Source of the DNA: Spirochaetota bacterium
GTDB taxonomy: Bacteria > Spirochaetota > UBA4802 > UBA5368
Assembly: GCA_035477215.1 (NCBI GenBank)
Contig: DATIKU010000030.1
Span: forward strand, 22,299-86,298
Reading direction: 5' to 3'
DNA length: 64,000 nt
Of the stretch, positions 21,409 through 30,143 are shown in pieces. Both the position numbers and the translations under genes were made by a program. Every line of letters starts with the position of its first letter. Positions within the stretch are counted from its first letter, which is position 1. The notes beneath the pieces are model-generated. The model had not been told where the DNA came from, made no database searches, and worked only from the letters and a program-made list of their open reading frames with translations.

Positions 21409-23136
21409 TCAGTCTCCCGCGTATTGTCCCGCCGCGCGGAGTTTAGCCTTTTCTTCCTCTTCAAGCGTATTGAACGCGATCTTGCCCACAAGTGTCTTGG
21501 GAAGATCGTTGCGGAACTCGACCTCGCGCGGACAGCTCCACTTGAGCAGGTGCTCGGCGCAGTGGTTGATGAGTTCGTTCGCGAGCTCTGTTGAGGCCCT
21601 GGACTTGTCTTTCAGCACGATAAACGCTTTAACGCGCGAAATCTGCGCTTTGTCGGGGACACCGATGACGCATGCCATGTCCACCGCCGGGTGCTGGCGC
21701 AGAATATCCTCCACCTGGCCAGGATAGACGTTGACACCTGAAGATTTTATCATGCGCTTGATACGCTGTTTGAAGTACATGAAGCCGTCCTCGTCCATGT
21801 TCGCCATGTCGCCGGTGTGCAGCCACACCCGGCCGTCGGAATGCTTTTTCAAAACGCTCGCCGTTTCCTCGGGCTGGTCGAGATACCCCAGCATCACCGC
21901 CGGGCCGTACAGGCATATCTCGCCCTCCTCTCCCGGGGCGCATTCCTCGTCGGTACCCATCTTTACGATCTTCGCGTCCATGTCAGGGAACGGCACCCCG
22001 ATGCTTCCCTCGCGGTACTCGTTTATGGGCATGGCCCCGATCGCCGTAACGGCCTCGGTGAGGCCGTATCCCTCCAGGAGCTTCACGTTGCCGCCCTGCC
22101 GGCTGACTATCGCTTCGAATTCTTCTTTCACGACTCGGGGCAGCGTGTCCGCGCCGCTGAAACAGCCCTTGAGACATGAAAGGTCGGTCTTTTTGAATTT
22201 CTCGTTATTGGAAAGGGCCATGAAGAGCGTCGGCACGCCCACCACGAAGGATGGACGCTTGGATTTAATCAGTTTCGCGACCTCCTCCGGAGTGAAGGTG
22301 GGGACGAGGATGCTCTTGCCGCCGCCCATAAACGCCGCGTTCACGCAGACGCCCAGGCCGAAACCGTGGAAGATGGGCATAATCGCGAGTATCGAGCTGG
22401 TACGGTCCAGCCCGCCCCAATGCGCGACCATAAGGCCTTCGCTTATGAAGTTATAGTTGGAAAGCATGATCCCCTTGGGAACGCCGGTGGTCCCGCCGCT
22501 GTAAAGAACGACCGCCATCTCGTCCGGGCCCATTTCGGCCGGTTGTACCGACGGGTACGAGCCGTTCATCATTTCGTTCCACCATATCACGCGATCGTCC
22601 TTGGGCACCTTGGGAATCTTGCGCCCCTTGGTGAGGTTGAAGCCGATCTTCTTGACCAGGCCCAGGTAGTCGGGAATGCGCGCGAGGATGAGCTTCTTGC
22701 AGTCTGTCTTGTGCATGATCTGGTTGAAGTTGCCGTAGAACGCGTCGATGGTGAGCGCCATGACGCTCTTGCTTATATTGAGGTAAAATTCGATCTCCTT
22801 CGGCGGCGAGAGAGGATGAATCATGCTCGCCACGGCCCCGAGCTTGTTCACACCATAGAAGCAGATGATACCCTGCGGGCTGGTGGGCATCGAGATCGTG
22901 ACGCGGTCTCCCTTTTTAAGCCCCATTGCCGCGAGCGCGTCCGCGCACCTGTCGATCTCCTCGGCGAAACGCCGGTAGGTCGACGTGTATCCCAGAAAAT
23001 CGTAGGCTATCGTATCGGGGTATTTGTCCGCGGTGTCCATCACCGCCCGGTACATGCTTACCCTCGGATAATCGATCGATTCGGGAACATTGCCATAGAA
23101 CTTGAGCCACGGTTTCTTCTCGTACATGGTGAGCAC
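21409..23136 (-). CDS. AMP-dependent synthetase/ligase (acyl-CoA ligase, FadD-like)
   Basis: LYSGGTTGVPKG AMP-binding motif, LEGYGLTE, 575 aa. Confidence 0.85.
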   Translation of the reverse strand: MLTMYEKKPWLKFYGNVPESIDYPRVSMYRAVMDTADKYPDTIAYDFLGYTSTYRRFAEEIDRCADALAAMGLKKGDRVTISMPTSPQGIICFYGVNKLGAVASMIHPLSPPKEIEFYLNISKSVMALTIDAFYGNFNQIMHKTDCKKLILARIPDYLGLVKKIGFNLTKGRKIPKVPKDDRVIWWNEMMNGSYPSVQPAEMGPDEMAVVLYSGGTTGVPKGIMLSNYNFISEGLMVAHWGGLDRTSSILAIMPIFHGFGLGVCVNAAFMGGGKSILVPTFTPEEVAKLIKSKRPSFVVGVPTLFMALSNNEKFKKTDLSCLKGCFSGADTLPRVVKEEFEAIVSRQGGNVKLLEGYGLTEAVTAIGAMPINEYREGSIGVPFPDMDAKIVKMGTDEECAPGEEGEICLYGPAVMLGYLDQPEETASVLKKHSDGRVWLHTGDMANMDEDGFMYFKQRIKRMIKSSGVNVYPGQVEDILRQHPAVDMACVIGVPDKAQISRVKAFIVLKDKSRASTELANELINHCAEHLLKWSCPREVEFRNDLPKTLVGKIAFNTLEEEEKAKLRAAGQYAGD

Positions 23137-23188
23137 TCCTTTTATTGAATGGTTATGGCGCGTCCTGACGGTCGCGTCGATCGGTTGT

Positions 23189-24436
23189 TCATCCCTTTTT
23201 CTGTTTGATGATCTCCATGAACGCGTCGATGCGGGTTTCGATCTGGCTTTCGCTCCAGGCGCGTTCGTCGACCATGTCGGCCTCGATCATAAGACTGGGC
23301 AGGCCCGTATCGCGCTGCAGGGATTTCATGATGTCGTACTGGCCCAGCGAGTACGGCTTGCAGCTGCGGTTTGAATGCATAACGATCCCGTCCACGTCGT
23401 ACTTTTTGATCATTTTCTTGATGATCTTGAGCATCTCGTCCACGCCGATATTGAGATAGATACGCGTGTAGCCTTCGACCATGGAGCCGAGGAAATCGTT
23501 CTCGTCGAGGTATTCGAGCGAGCCGCACCACGCGGAGGTGTAGGTATCGGCGACCAGGCACGCGTCGTACGAGGCGAACTTATCGGAGAGCCACTTGGTC
23601 TTGAACCATACCGGCAGGTTGTCCCACAGCAGGCGGTAGCGTTCGTTCGGGACGGCGCCGATCTTTTGCGCCGCGCGCTCCTTCATCTCTTCGAGCAGCA
23701 TCGTATAGTAGTCCACCGCCGTCTGCGTCCCCCGGAGCGTCACGATGAGGGCAAGGTGGAAAAACGCGTCGAAGGCCGACATGGGCGCCGGTTTGTTCAT
23801 TGTAGTGTCAAGCACGTCCTGCCAGAGGCGCTGGCCCTGCAGGGAAAGCCTGCCGACCTCCTTCATTTTATCCATATCGAACTTTTTACCGCATACCACC
23901 TCGAGGAATTTTATATACTCATCGATCTGGCTGCGGACGTACTTCCTTGCTTCGCTCGAAAACTCGGTGTGGCAGAACGGCGTGTCGAAGATGAAAAGCG
24001 GCACCTTGTAGTAGCGGGCCTGCACCTCGTACCATTTGAGCACCGTGCCGCAGATGTTGTTGCAGCACACCAGGAAATCCGGGGCGGGGAGCCCCCCTAT
24101 GGGACCGCCGTTTACCGTGGAGGCCGCGATGTCCGAGCGGGCGTACGAACAGATGTCGCGGCAATATCCCATGTCCTCGGCCTTCTCGCAGAGGTCCACT
24201 CCCATCTTGGAAGCGCCGATCATGGCACCGTGGTTTTCCGGGTAGACCGGTATTGCGTCCATAACGATGAGTGGCTCTACGGGACCGCCGCTGGTGATCC
24301 AGGCGACCTTCTTTCCGTTCTGCGCGGCGGTTTTTGCGTCTATATAGTACGCGGTCATTATCTCCTTCATTTTCTTGATGGATTTGACCTTCATCTTTTC
24401 CTTCTCGGGGTCCTTCTTTAAATGTTCTTCAGACAT
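23189..24436 (-). CDS. 2-hydroxyacyl-CoA dehydratase / BcrBC-BadDE family component (HgdA/HgdB-like). ORF open to 24535; likely start MSEEHLKKD at 24436 with a GGAGA RBS.
   Basis: Cys-rich HgdAB-family regions (YCRDICSYARSD, FLVCCNNICGT). Adjacent to a paralogous component. Confidence 0.7.
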   Translation of the reverse strand: MSEEHLKKDPEKEKMKVKSIKKMKEIMTAYYIDAKTAAQNGKKVAWITSGGPVEPLIVMDAIPVYPENHGAMIGASKMGVDLCEKAEDMGYCRDICSYARSDIAASTVNGGPIGGLPAPDFLVCCNNICGTVLKWYEVQARYYKVPLFIFDTPFCHTEFSSEARKYVRSQIDEYIKFLEVVCGKKFDMDKMKEVGRLSLQGQRLWQDVLDTTMNKPAPMSAFDAFFHLALIVTLRGTQTAVDYYTMLLEEMKERAAQKIGAVPNERYRLLWDNLPVWFKTKWLSDKFASYDACLVADTYTSAWCGSLEYLDENDFLGSMVEGYTRIYLNIGVDEMLKIIKKMIKKYDVDGIVMHSNRSCKPYSLGQYDIMKSLQRDTGLPSLMIEADMVDERAWSESQIETRIDAFMEIIKQKKG

Positions 24437-24506
24437 GATTTTTCTCCTCGATTGATATCGAACGACATCCGGCCAGCCGCCGCCCGGAAGCGGCTTATGA
24501 TTTTGC

Positions 24507-25628
24507 CTAACGCAGCATCTCGATAAAGGCCTCAAAGCGCGTCGAGAGCTGTCCCTCAGAAGGAAGGTCCTGCTCGATCTCCATCAGCATGCTCGGGACG
24601 CCCTCCCGGTCCAGCATCTCCTTCATGTACGGATAGTCGAAGGAGTGCGGATCGCAGAATTTCAACAGCAAAAAGATGACGCCCGACGCGCGGTGCTCCT
24701 TCGCGATGCCCACTATACCGTCGCCCCTGGCCGTGATGGACGAATGCTTCGCCGGGCACACGACGCGTTCGGTAAACCGGTCCGCGAGCGCTTCGATGGG
24801 ATCGCCGCCCTCGGACACCAGGCCCTCAAAATAGCGCGACCCTGTGCAAAGGTCGTCCCAGACCACCGCGCCGCCCGATTTTTCGATTATCGAATAGATG
24901 TCGGCATGGTCGCAGAGCCCGCCGCTTAAAACGATACGCTTCCCTGAATCGGCCCCCGCGGCCTTCGTTTTTTCCAGTTGGTCAGCAACGGCCGTAAGCT
25001 TTTCCGCGGCGTCCGCCCGGTCCATGATCATTGCACTCTTTACGAGCGCGTAGACGTCCGCTCCCGCTATCAGCCCGGGATTCGCGCTTCGCAGACGGTA
25101 TATTTTCCCGAGCGCGCGCTTTATCGTGTTGAAGGTTTTGATCGACTTTGAGAGCTGCGCGTCGGTAATACTGAGGCCAAGGTCCATTTCGAGCTCGCGT
25201 TTGAACTTGCGCAATACATCCCCCATGTATTGCCTCGCGCTCGACGTATCAAGCTTCACCGGCAGCACCACGTCGGAATGAAAACTGAACTTCAGATTGA
25301 GACGCCAGATGTCCGAGAGTCGCTGGATTGAATCGCAGGTATGGGGGAACACCGCACCGTCGAGGAACTCGAGTCTTCCCGCAAGGGCCTCCTCGAGTAC
25401 GCCGCGCACCAGCGAACAACTGTATGCCTGCAAATGGGCGTCCGCGTGGGCGATGGCCGAGCGGGTCCCGAAAAGCCTGAGTGGATGAATCCCCGCGGCG
25501 TGAATGATCTCCTCGGGCGTATATGAGCAGAAGTATCCGAGGATCTTTTTCCCCGAGTCGTTTTTAAGACGCCGTGCGTATCCGTCGCTGTCGTTGATTA
25601 CGTCGTGAAATTGCCGGATCGTATTCAT
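24507..25628 (-). CDS. 2-hydroxyacyl-CoA dehydratase family component (HgdB/HgdA-like), first gene of the operon
   Basis: ILGYFCSYTPEEIIHAAGIHPLRLFG N-terminal HgdAB-family signature. 373 aa. Confidence 0.7.
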   Translation of the reverse strand: MNTIRQFHDVINDSDGYARRLKNDSGKKILGYFCSYTPEEIIHAAGIHPLRLFGTRSAIAHADAHLQAYSCSLVRGVLEEALAGRLEFLDGAVFPHTCDSIQRLSDIWRLNLKFSFHSDVVLPVKLDTSSARQYMGDVLRKFKRELEMDLGLSITDAQLSKSIKTFNTIKRALGKIYRLRSANPGLIAGADVYALVKSAMIMDRADAAEKLTAVADQLEKTKAAGADSGKRIVLSGGLCDHADIYSIIEKSGGAVVWDDLCTGSRYFEGLVSEGGDPIEALADRFTERVVCPAKHSSITARGDGIVGIAKEHRASGVIFLLLKFCDPHSFDYPYMKEMLDREGVPSMLMEIEQDLPSEGQLSTRFEAFIEMLR

Positions 25629-25726
25629 GCATTCTCACCCTTTCGTTTGGAATTACGAGGACGCCGACCGCACCGGCTCCGGGCGTGCCATCCCGGCAAC
25701 AGTATGGCGACGAAATTTCGTACTTG

Positions 25727-25753
25727 ACAGTGTACGATAATATCGTACACTGT
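25727..25753. promoter_or_regulatory. 27-bp perfect palindrome ACAGTGTACGATA-A-TATCGTACACTGT overlapping a TTGACA(25724-25729)-N16-TACACT sigma70-like promoter; candidate IclR operator
   Basis: Arms are exact reverse complements with a 1-nt spacer. Located in the divergent intergenic region between the dehydratase operon and the IclR gene. Confidence 0.6.
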
Positions 25754-25840
25754 TCTATTGTTTTCGCATCTCTGCTAATATGTCAATAAGATAAGCGCAT
25801 TAAAATAAAAATATTTCCTGCGGGCGGAGGAAGGGCGTCT

Positions 25841-26611
25841 ATGACGTTAAAGCAAAGAAGGCTCATTCAATCCATCAAGAGGGCCTCGGACATACTCGGC
25901 ATTTTTATCCAGGAGAAGCGTACAATGGGTATTACGGATTTCGCCCACCGCCTCGCGCTGCCTAAAACCACCATCTCGAGCATCGTCCGGACCCTGGAGG
26001 CGCTGAAGTTCCTTGAAAAGGACCACATCACCTCCAAATACCGCCTTGGCCCCGCGCTTTTCCAACTGGGGATGAAATACGCCACCAACATGGACCTGGT
26101 CATCATCGCGCGGGCTTGGATGGAACGGTTGTGCTTTCAGTTCATGGAGCCGGTGAACGTCGGCATGCTGGTCGGAGACAAGGTGATCGTGGTGCTCAGG
26201 GTCGAACCTGAAAACCGATTTATGGTCTTTCCGCAGGCCGGCTCGGTAATACCCGTCCATACCACCTGCATCGGGAAGCTTCTCCACGCCCATCTGTCTC
26301 CAGACGAGCGAGGCGCCCTCCTCAAGAATTACTCCTTCGAGAAGCTTACGGCGAATACAATCGATGATCGCGAGCGCTTTATTGCGGAGCTTGACCGGGT
26401 GAAACACGAAGGTGTCGCGTTCGACAACGAGGAGTCGATAGTGGGACTGGCGGGCATCGGCGGGCCGATTTTCAATTACACAGGACAGGCCGTGGCCGCT
26501 TTTGTCATCACCGGCAAAGCGGAAAATATCCGGAAAAATCGCGAAAAGATGATAACCGCCGTACGCTATACGACCGGCCAGGTTTCGGCACAGTTGGGAT
26601 ATTCGCCTTAA
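25841..26611 (+). CDS. IclR family transcriptional regulator
   Basis: N-terminal HTH (SIKRASDILGIF...ITDFAHRLALPKTTISSIVRTLEA) and C-terminal IclR effector-domain-like region. 256 aa. Confidence 0.8.
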   Translation: MTLKQRRLIQSIKRASDILGIFIQEKRTMGITDFAHRLALPKTTISSIVRTLEALKFLEKDHITSKYRLGPALFQLGMKYATNMDLVIIARAWMERLCFQFMEPVNVGMLVGDKVIVVLRVEPENRFMVFPQAGSVIPVHTTCIGKLLHAHLSPDERGALLKNYSFEKLTANTIDDRERFIAELDRVKHEGVAFDNEESIVGLAGIGGPIFNYTGQAVAAFVITGKAENIRKNREKMITAVRYTTGQVSAQLGYSP

Positions 26612-26722
26612 AACAGCAGAAAAACAGCTTTGCCTTAACTCAGAACAAGGGGCTGCACCCCCTTGTTCGGCCGATTGTTGCGCCTACGTACTAACCAGTC
26701 TGCGCATATCAATAAAAAATGC

Positions 26723-26751
26723 TTGCCGAATGTCCAGAAATTGGGTATAGT
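26723..26751 (+). promoter_or_regulatory. Sigma70-like promoter TTGCCG-N17-TATAGT directly abutting a CIRCE element
   Basis: Spacing and -10 are visible in the sequence. Its arrangement relative to CIRCE mirrors the hrcA promoter. Confidence 0.4.
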
Positions 26752-26754
26752 TTA

Positions 26755-26781
26755 TTAGCACTCAGCACCAGTGAGTGCTAA
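26755..26781. promoter_or_regulatory. Second, orphan CIRCE operator TTAGCACTC-agcaccagt-GAGTGCTAA
   Basis: Perfect 9-N9-9 match to CIRCE, with extended arms ttattagcactc/gagtgctaata shared with the hrcA copy. No chaperone gene lies downstream. Confidence 0.85.
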
Positions 26782-26820
26782 TATCAGGCGGGCTGATGCC
26801 GGCTGATATACTTCAAGCAC

Positions 26821-26848
26821 ATCCCCATGGCGACATGGGGATTTTTTT
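26821..26848 (+). terminator. Intrinsic terminator, plus-strand orientation
   Basis: 9-bp stem ATCCCCATG/CATGGGGAT with GCGA tetraloop followed by T6-7. It overlaps the stop of the convergent lipoprotein gene. Confidence 0.65.
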
Positions 26849-27389
26849 ACAGCCGCCATTGGTCGCGGAGGACCTCCATTTCAAGTTCGTAATAATACTC
26901 CGCTACGGCCTCTTCGATCGAGGCGTGTAATTTCGGCAGTCGCGGCTCTATCAAAGGGTTTTTCGCAAGCAGTTGCTTTCTGATATGGCCGGTAAAGGTA
27001 TCAAGAGGGGGGATCAGATAGTTTTTGACATAGGTATACTGCTTCCAGTCTCTTTCAATCTCGTATGCGGACATTCTGTGACGCATCATCGCCCCGAGGC
27101 GGTATAGCTTTTTATAGAACTCCAGGATATCGTCCGGACTAAAATCCTGGAGCGCCGCCGCCAGCGCCTTCTCCCTTGCCGGCATGTTCGTTTCGCTGAA
27201 CGAATGCGAGTGGATGTAATCGATCTCTATCTCATCATCGAAGCCGAATCCGTAATCGAGCGCCTCGCTGGTTTTCTCGAGCATCTTTTTTTGCGCCGGC
27301 GAAAAAATCGAGTCGTCGCGGACGGGCATTAACGCACACCCTCCCGCGAATATCAGCACCAACGGCAATAACACCCATTTCATGTTCAT
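26847..27389 (-). CDS. Hypothetical lipoprotein
   Basis: Signal peptide plus lipobox (LIFAGGC), 180 aa, no other motif. Confidence 0.5.
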   Translation of the reverse strand: MNMKWVLLPLVLIFAGGCALMPVRDDSIFSPAQKKMLEKTSEALDYGFGFDDEIEIDYIHSHSFSETNMPAREKALAAALQDFSPDDILEFYKKLYRLGAMMRHRMSAYEIERDWKQYTYVKNYLIPPLDTFTGHIRKQLLAKNPLIEPRLPKLHASIEEAVAEYYYELEMEVLRDQWRL

Positions 27390-27406
27390 CTCTCGATCAA
27401 TATCCT

Positions 27407-28444
27407 TTATTCGAAATCTTCCAGACGCAATGGGAAGTCTTCCGGGATGTCACGCCGGCTCGTGCGGCCCAGCATTCGCCTCAGATCCGCGACCGGCATT
27501 CCCACGCCGGGTCGCTTGACCGCAACCGCGTCCCGGTCCAGCGCTTCGCCGGCGCGAAGGGGCCTTCTGCTAAAGAGGCTTCTGCGTGCCGAATTTGCAA
27601 CCTCTTTTTCAGAAAAGTCATAGTCGATGCGCCCATCGCCCATCATTTCCATCGCCGTCTCGACATCGCCCCTCATGCGGCGAAACTCCGCCGGGGAAAG
27701 CGACACGGCCGCATCCGGGCAGTCATACCCCTCTTCCGGCATGAAGTGCTTCTCGAAAACGCGCGCACCGAGCATCGCGGCGAGCGCGCAGCCCCTCCCG
27801 TCGGTTGAATGATCCGAAAATCCCACCGGAATGCCGAAGCGTTCGCGAAGCGACGATATCCGCGAAAGGTTGGCCTTGTCGCAAGGGAGCGGATATAGAG
27901 CGACGCAGTGAAGCAGGATGATGCCGCTCGTTCCGCCCCGCCGGAGTGTGTCGATGGCACGCCCGATCTCATCGCCGGTGGATATTCCGGTGGACATGAT
28001 GACGGGTTTGCCGGTGGCGGATACGCGCTCGAGGAGCGGAGTGTTCGTTACCTCCGAAGAGGCGAGCTTGTACAGGGGGATGCCGACCCGCTCGAGCATT
28101 TCGACAGATTGAATATCGAAGGCGGAGGAAAAAAAGACAAGGTTCGCCGCCTCCGCCGCTCTTTTAAGCTCATGATAGTCATCCTCTCCCAGAACGAAGC
28201 GTCGGAAAAAATCGATTTGCGCGGTATCCGCCACGAGGTTTTTTTCTCCCCGCAGCATCGAGTTCGTGTAACGTGAGTACATCTCCTCCGGAACAAAGGT
28301 CTGGAGTTTGACGGCGTCGGCCCCGGCCCCCGCGGCCGCTTCGATCATGGAGAGCGCTTCGTCGCGGTTTCCGTTGTGATTAATACCGATTTCCGCGATA
28401 AAAAACGTCGCGTCTCCTTTATGCACTTTCTCCATTCGGTTCAT
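27407..28444 (-). CDS. NeuB family sialic/nonulosonic acid synthase-like protein (N-acetylneuraminate / pseudaminic acid synthase family) with C-terminal SAF domain
   Basis: FIAEIGINHNGN hallmark. TIM-barrel NeuB core. 345 aa. Confidence 0.75.
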   Translation of the reverse strand: MNRMEKVHKGDATFFIAEIGINHNGNRDEALSMIEAAAGAGADAVKLQTFVPEEMYSRYTNSMLRGEKNLVADTAQIDFFRRFVLGEDDYHELKRAAEAANLVFFSSAFDIQSVEMLERVGIPLYKLASSEVTNTPLLERVSATGKPVIMSTGISTGDEIGRAIDTLRRGGTSGIILLHCVALYPLPCDKANLSRISSLRERFGIPVGFSDHSTDGRGCALAAMLGARVFEKHFMPEEGYDCPDAAVSLSPAEFRRMRGDVETAMEMMGDGRIDYDFSEKEVANSARRSLFSRRPLRAGEALDRDAVAVKRPGVGMPVADLRRMLGRTSRRDIPEDFPLRLEDFE

Positions 28445-28635
28445 CCCGCCTCCCCGCCTTTCCCCGGCAATGCCTTATCGTTCATGCGTGTACTGGACAG
28501 CCCCAGGTGATTCAAAGACCCTACTGTATTTTTCGGCATCGGGCCGGTATTTTTAATTGACACAGACCAAAAACAAGTTAATCTTCCATGGCGCTCTGGT
28601 CCAGTCGAAATATCATAAATTCTCGGGGTTTGCGC

Positions 28636-30120
28636 ATGGGTAAGAAGTTTATCATCGCTCTTGATTTGGGCACCACCGGAAACCGCGTATTCTGCTTCGA
28701 TGAGGCTGGCTATCCCCTTTCGAGCGCCTACCGCGAGTTCACCCAGTACTTTCCACGCCCCGGATGGGTCGAGCACGATCCCGAGGAAATCTGGTCATCC
28801 ATCGCGGGTCTGATCACCGAGGCCATCGCCGGGGGAAATCTCGACCCGGCCGACGCTCTGACCATCGGCATAACCAACCAGCGCGAGACCGCCGTCCTCT
28901 GGAACAAGGACACCGGAAAGCCCGTATACAACGCCATCGTATGGCAGTGCCGGAGGACGACCGAAATCTGCAACGATTTAAAGAGTGGGGGCCTCGAGGA
29001 AAGCTTCAAGAAAAAAACGGGCCTCTTGGTGGATGCCTATTTTTCCGGCACAAAGATAAAGTGGATGCTCGACAATGTCTCCGGCGTCAAAGAGCTCGCC
29101 AAATCGGGCAAACTCTTCTTCGGCACCATCGATACCTGGATCCTATGGAAACTCACCGGAGGAAAATCGCACAAGACCGATTATACCAACGCCTCCCGAA
29201 CGCTCGTCTTCAATATAGTCGACAAACGCTGGGACCGCGAGCTGCTCGAGATACTCGGCATCCCCGTGAACATCCTTCCCGAAGTGCGCGATTCGTCCTC
29301 GTTCTTCGGTGAAACGCTCGGCGCCCCCGGTATTCCCGACGGTGTCCCGATCGGCGGAATCGCCGGTGATCAGCAGGCAGCCATGGTGGGTCAAAACTGC
29401 GTTTTCGAGGGGACCATCAAGAACACCTACGGCACCGGTTGTTTTATGCTGCTGAACACGGGCGACTCCTTCATTCTTTCCGACAAGGGCCTCCTCACCA
29501 CGATCGCCTGCAACCCGCTCGGCAAGCCGGCTTATGCATTCGAGGGCTCCGTCTTCGTCGCCGGGGCCGTGGTGCAGTGGCTGCGCGATTACATGAAATT
29601 TTTCGAGCAAAGCCCGGATTCCGACAGGCTCGCCATGTCCTTCGAGAAGGACGACGAGGTGGTAATGATCCCGGCCTTCGTTGGGCTGGGAGCGCCGTAC
29701 TGGAAGATGGACGCGCGCGGTGCCATCTTCGGTCTCACCCGCGACACCACGCGCGAGCAGATCATACGCGCCGCCCTGCGGTCCATCGCGTTCCAGTCCA
29801 TGGACGTCATCGAGGTGATGCAGCAGGACTCGGGTAAGACCATTCACGAACTGCGCGCGGACGGCGGGGCGACGAGAGGGTCGTACCTGATGCAGTTTCA
29901 GGCCGACATACTGGGCATCCCGGTCCTTCTGCCGGAGGTGATCGAGTCGACCGCGCTCGGCGCGGCGTACCTCGCGGGGCTTTCGGCCCGACTGTATAAT
30001 TCGATCGACGAGGTCGCCAAGCAGAACCGGATCGTTACGCGATACATTCCTCAATATTCCGAAAAGGAACGATCAGCCCAGAGAAAGCTCTGGAAAGACG
30101 CCGTTAATCGATTATTGTAA
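28636..30120 (+). CDS. glpK: Glycerol kinase. ORF open from 28588; likely start MGKKFIIALDLGTTG.
   Basis: FIIALDLGTTGNRVF, WVEHDPEEIW, FGTIDTWILWKLTGG: classic GlpK motifs. Confidence 0.9.
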   Translation: MGKKFIIALDLGTTGNRVFCFDEAGYPLSSAYREFTQYFPRPGWVEHDPEEIWSSIAGLITEAIAGGNLDPADALTIGITNQRETAVLWNKDTGKPVYNAIVWQCRRTTEICNDLKSGGLEESFKKKTGLLVDAYFSGTKIKWMLDNVSGVKELAKSGKLFFGTIDTWILWKLTGGKSHKTDYTNASRTLVFNIVDKRWDRELLEILGIPVNILPEVRDSSSFFGETLGAPGIPDGVPIGGIAGDQQAAMVGQNCVFEGTIKNTYGTGCFMLLNTGDSFILSDKGLLTTIACNPLGKPAYAFEGSVFVAGAVVQWLRDYMKFFEQSPDSDRLAMSFEKDDEVVMIPAFVGLGAPYWKMDARGAIFGLTRDTTREQIIRAALRSIAFQSMDVIEVMQQDSGKTIHELRADGGATRGSYLMQFQADILGIPVLLPEVIESTALGAAYLAGLSARLYNSIDEVAKQNRIVTRYIPQYSEKERSAQRKLWKDAVNRLL

Positions 30121-30143
30121 GAACACAACCTGGAGGAAATACT

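Noticed and set aside
23375-24421. 348-aa plus-strand ORF overlapping the HgdA/B-like gene
   Set aside because: The opposite strand carries the family-specific Cys-rich motifs and a proper RBS. This ORF is a spurious antisense frame.
29143-30054. 303-aa minus-strand ORF inside glpK
   Set aside because: Antisense to glycerol kinase, which has unmistakable motifs. Composition is typical of GC-rich antisense frames.
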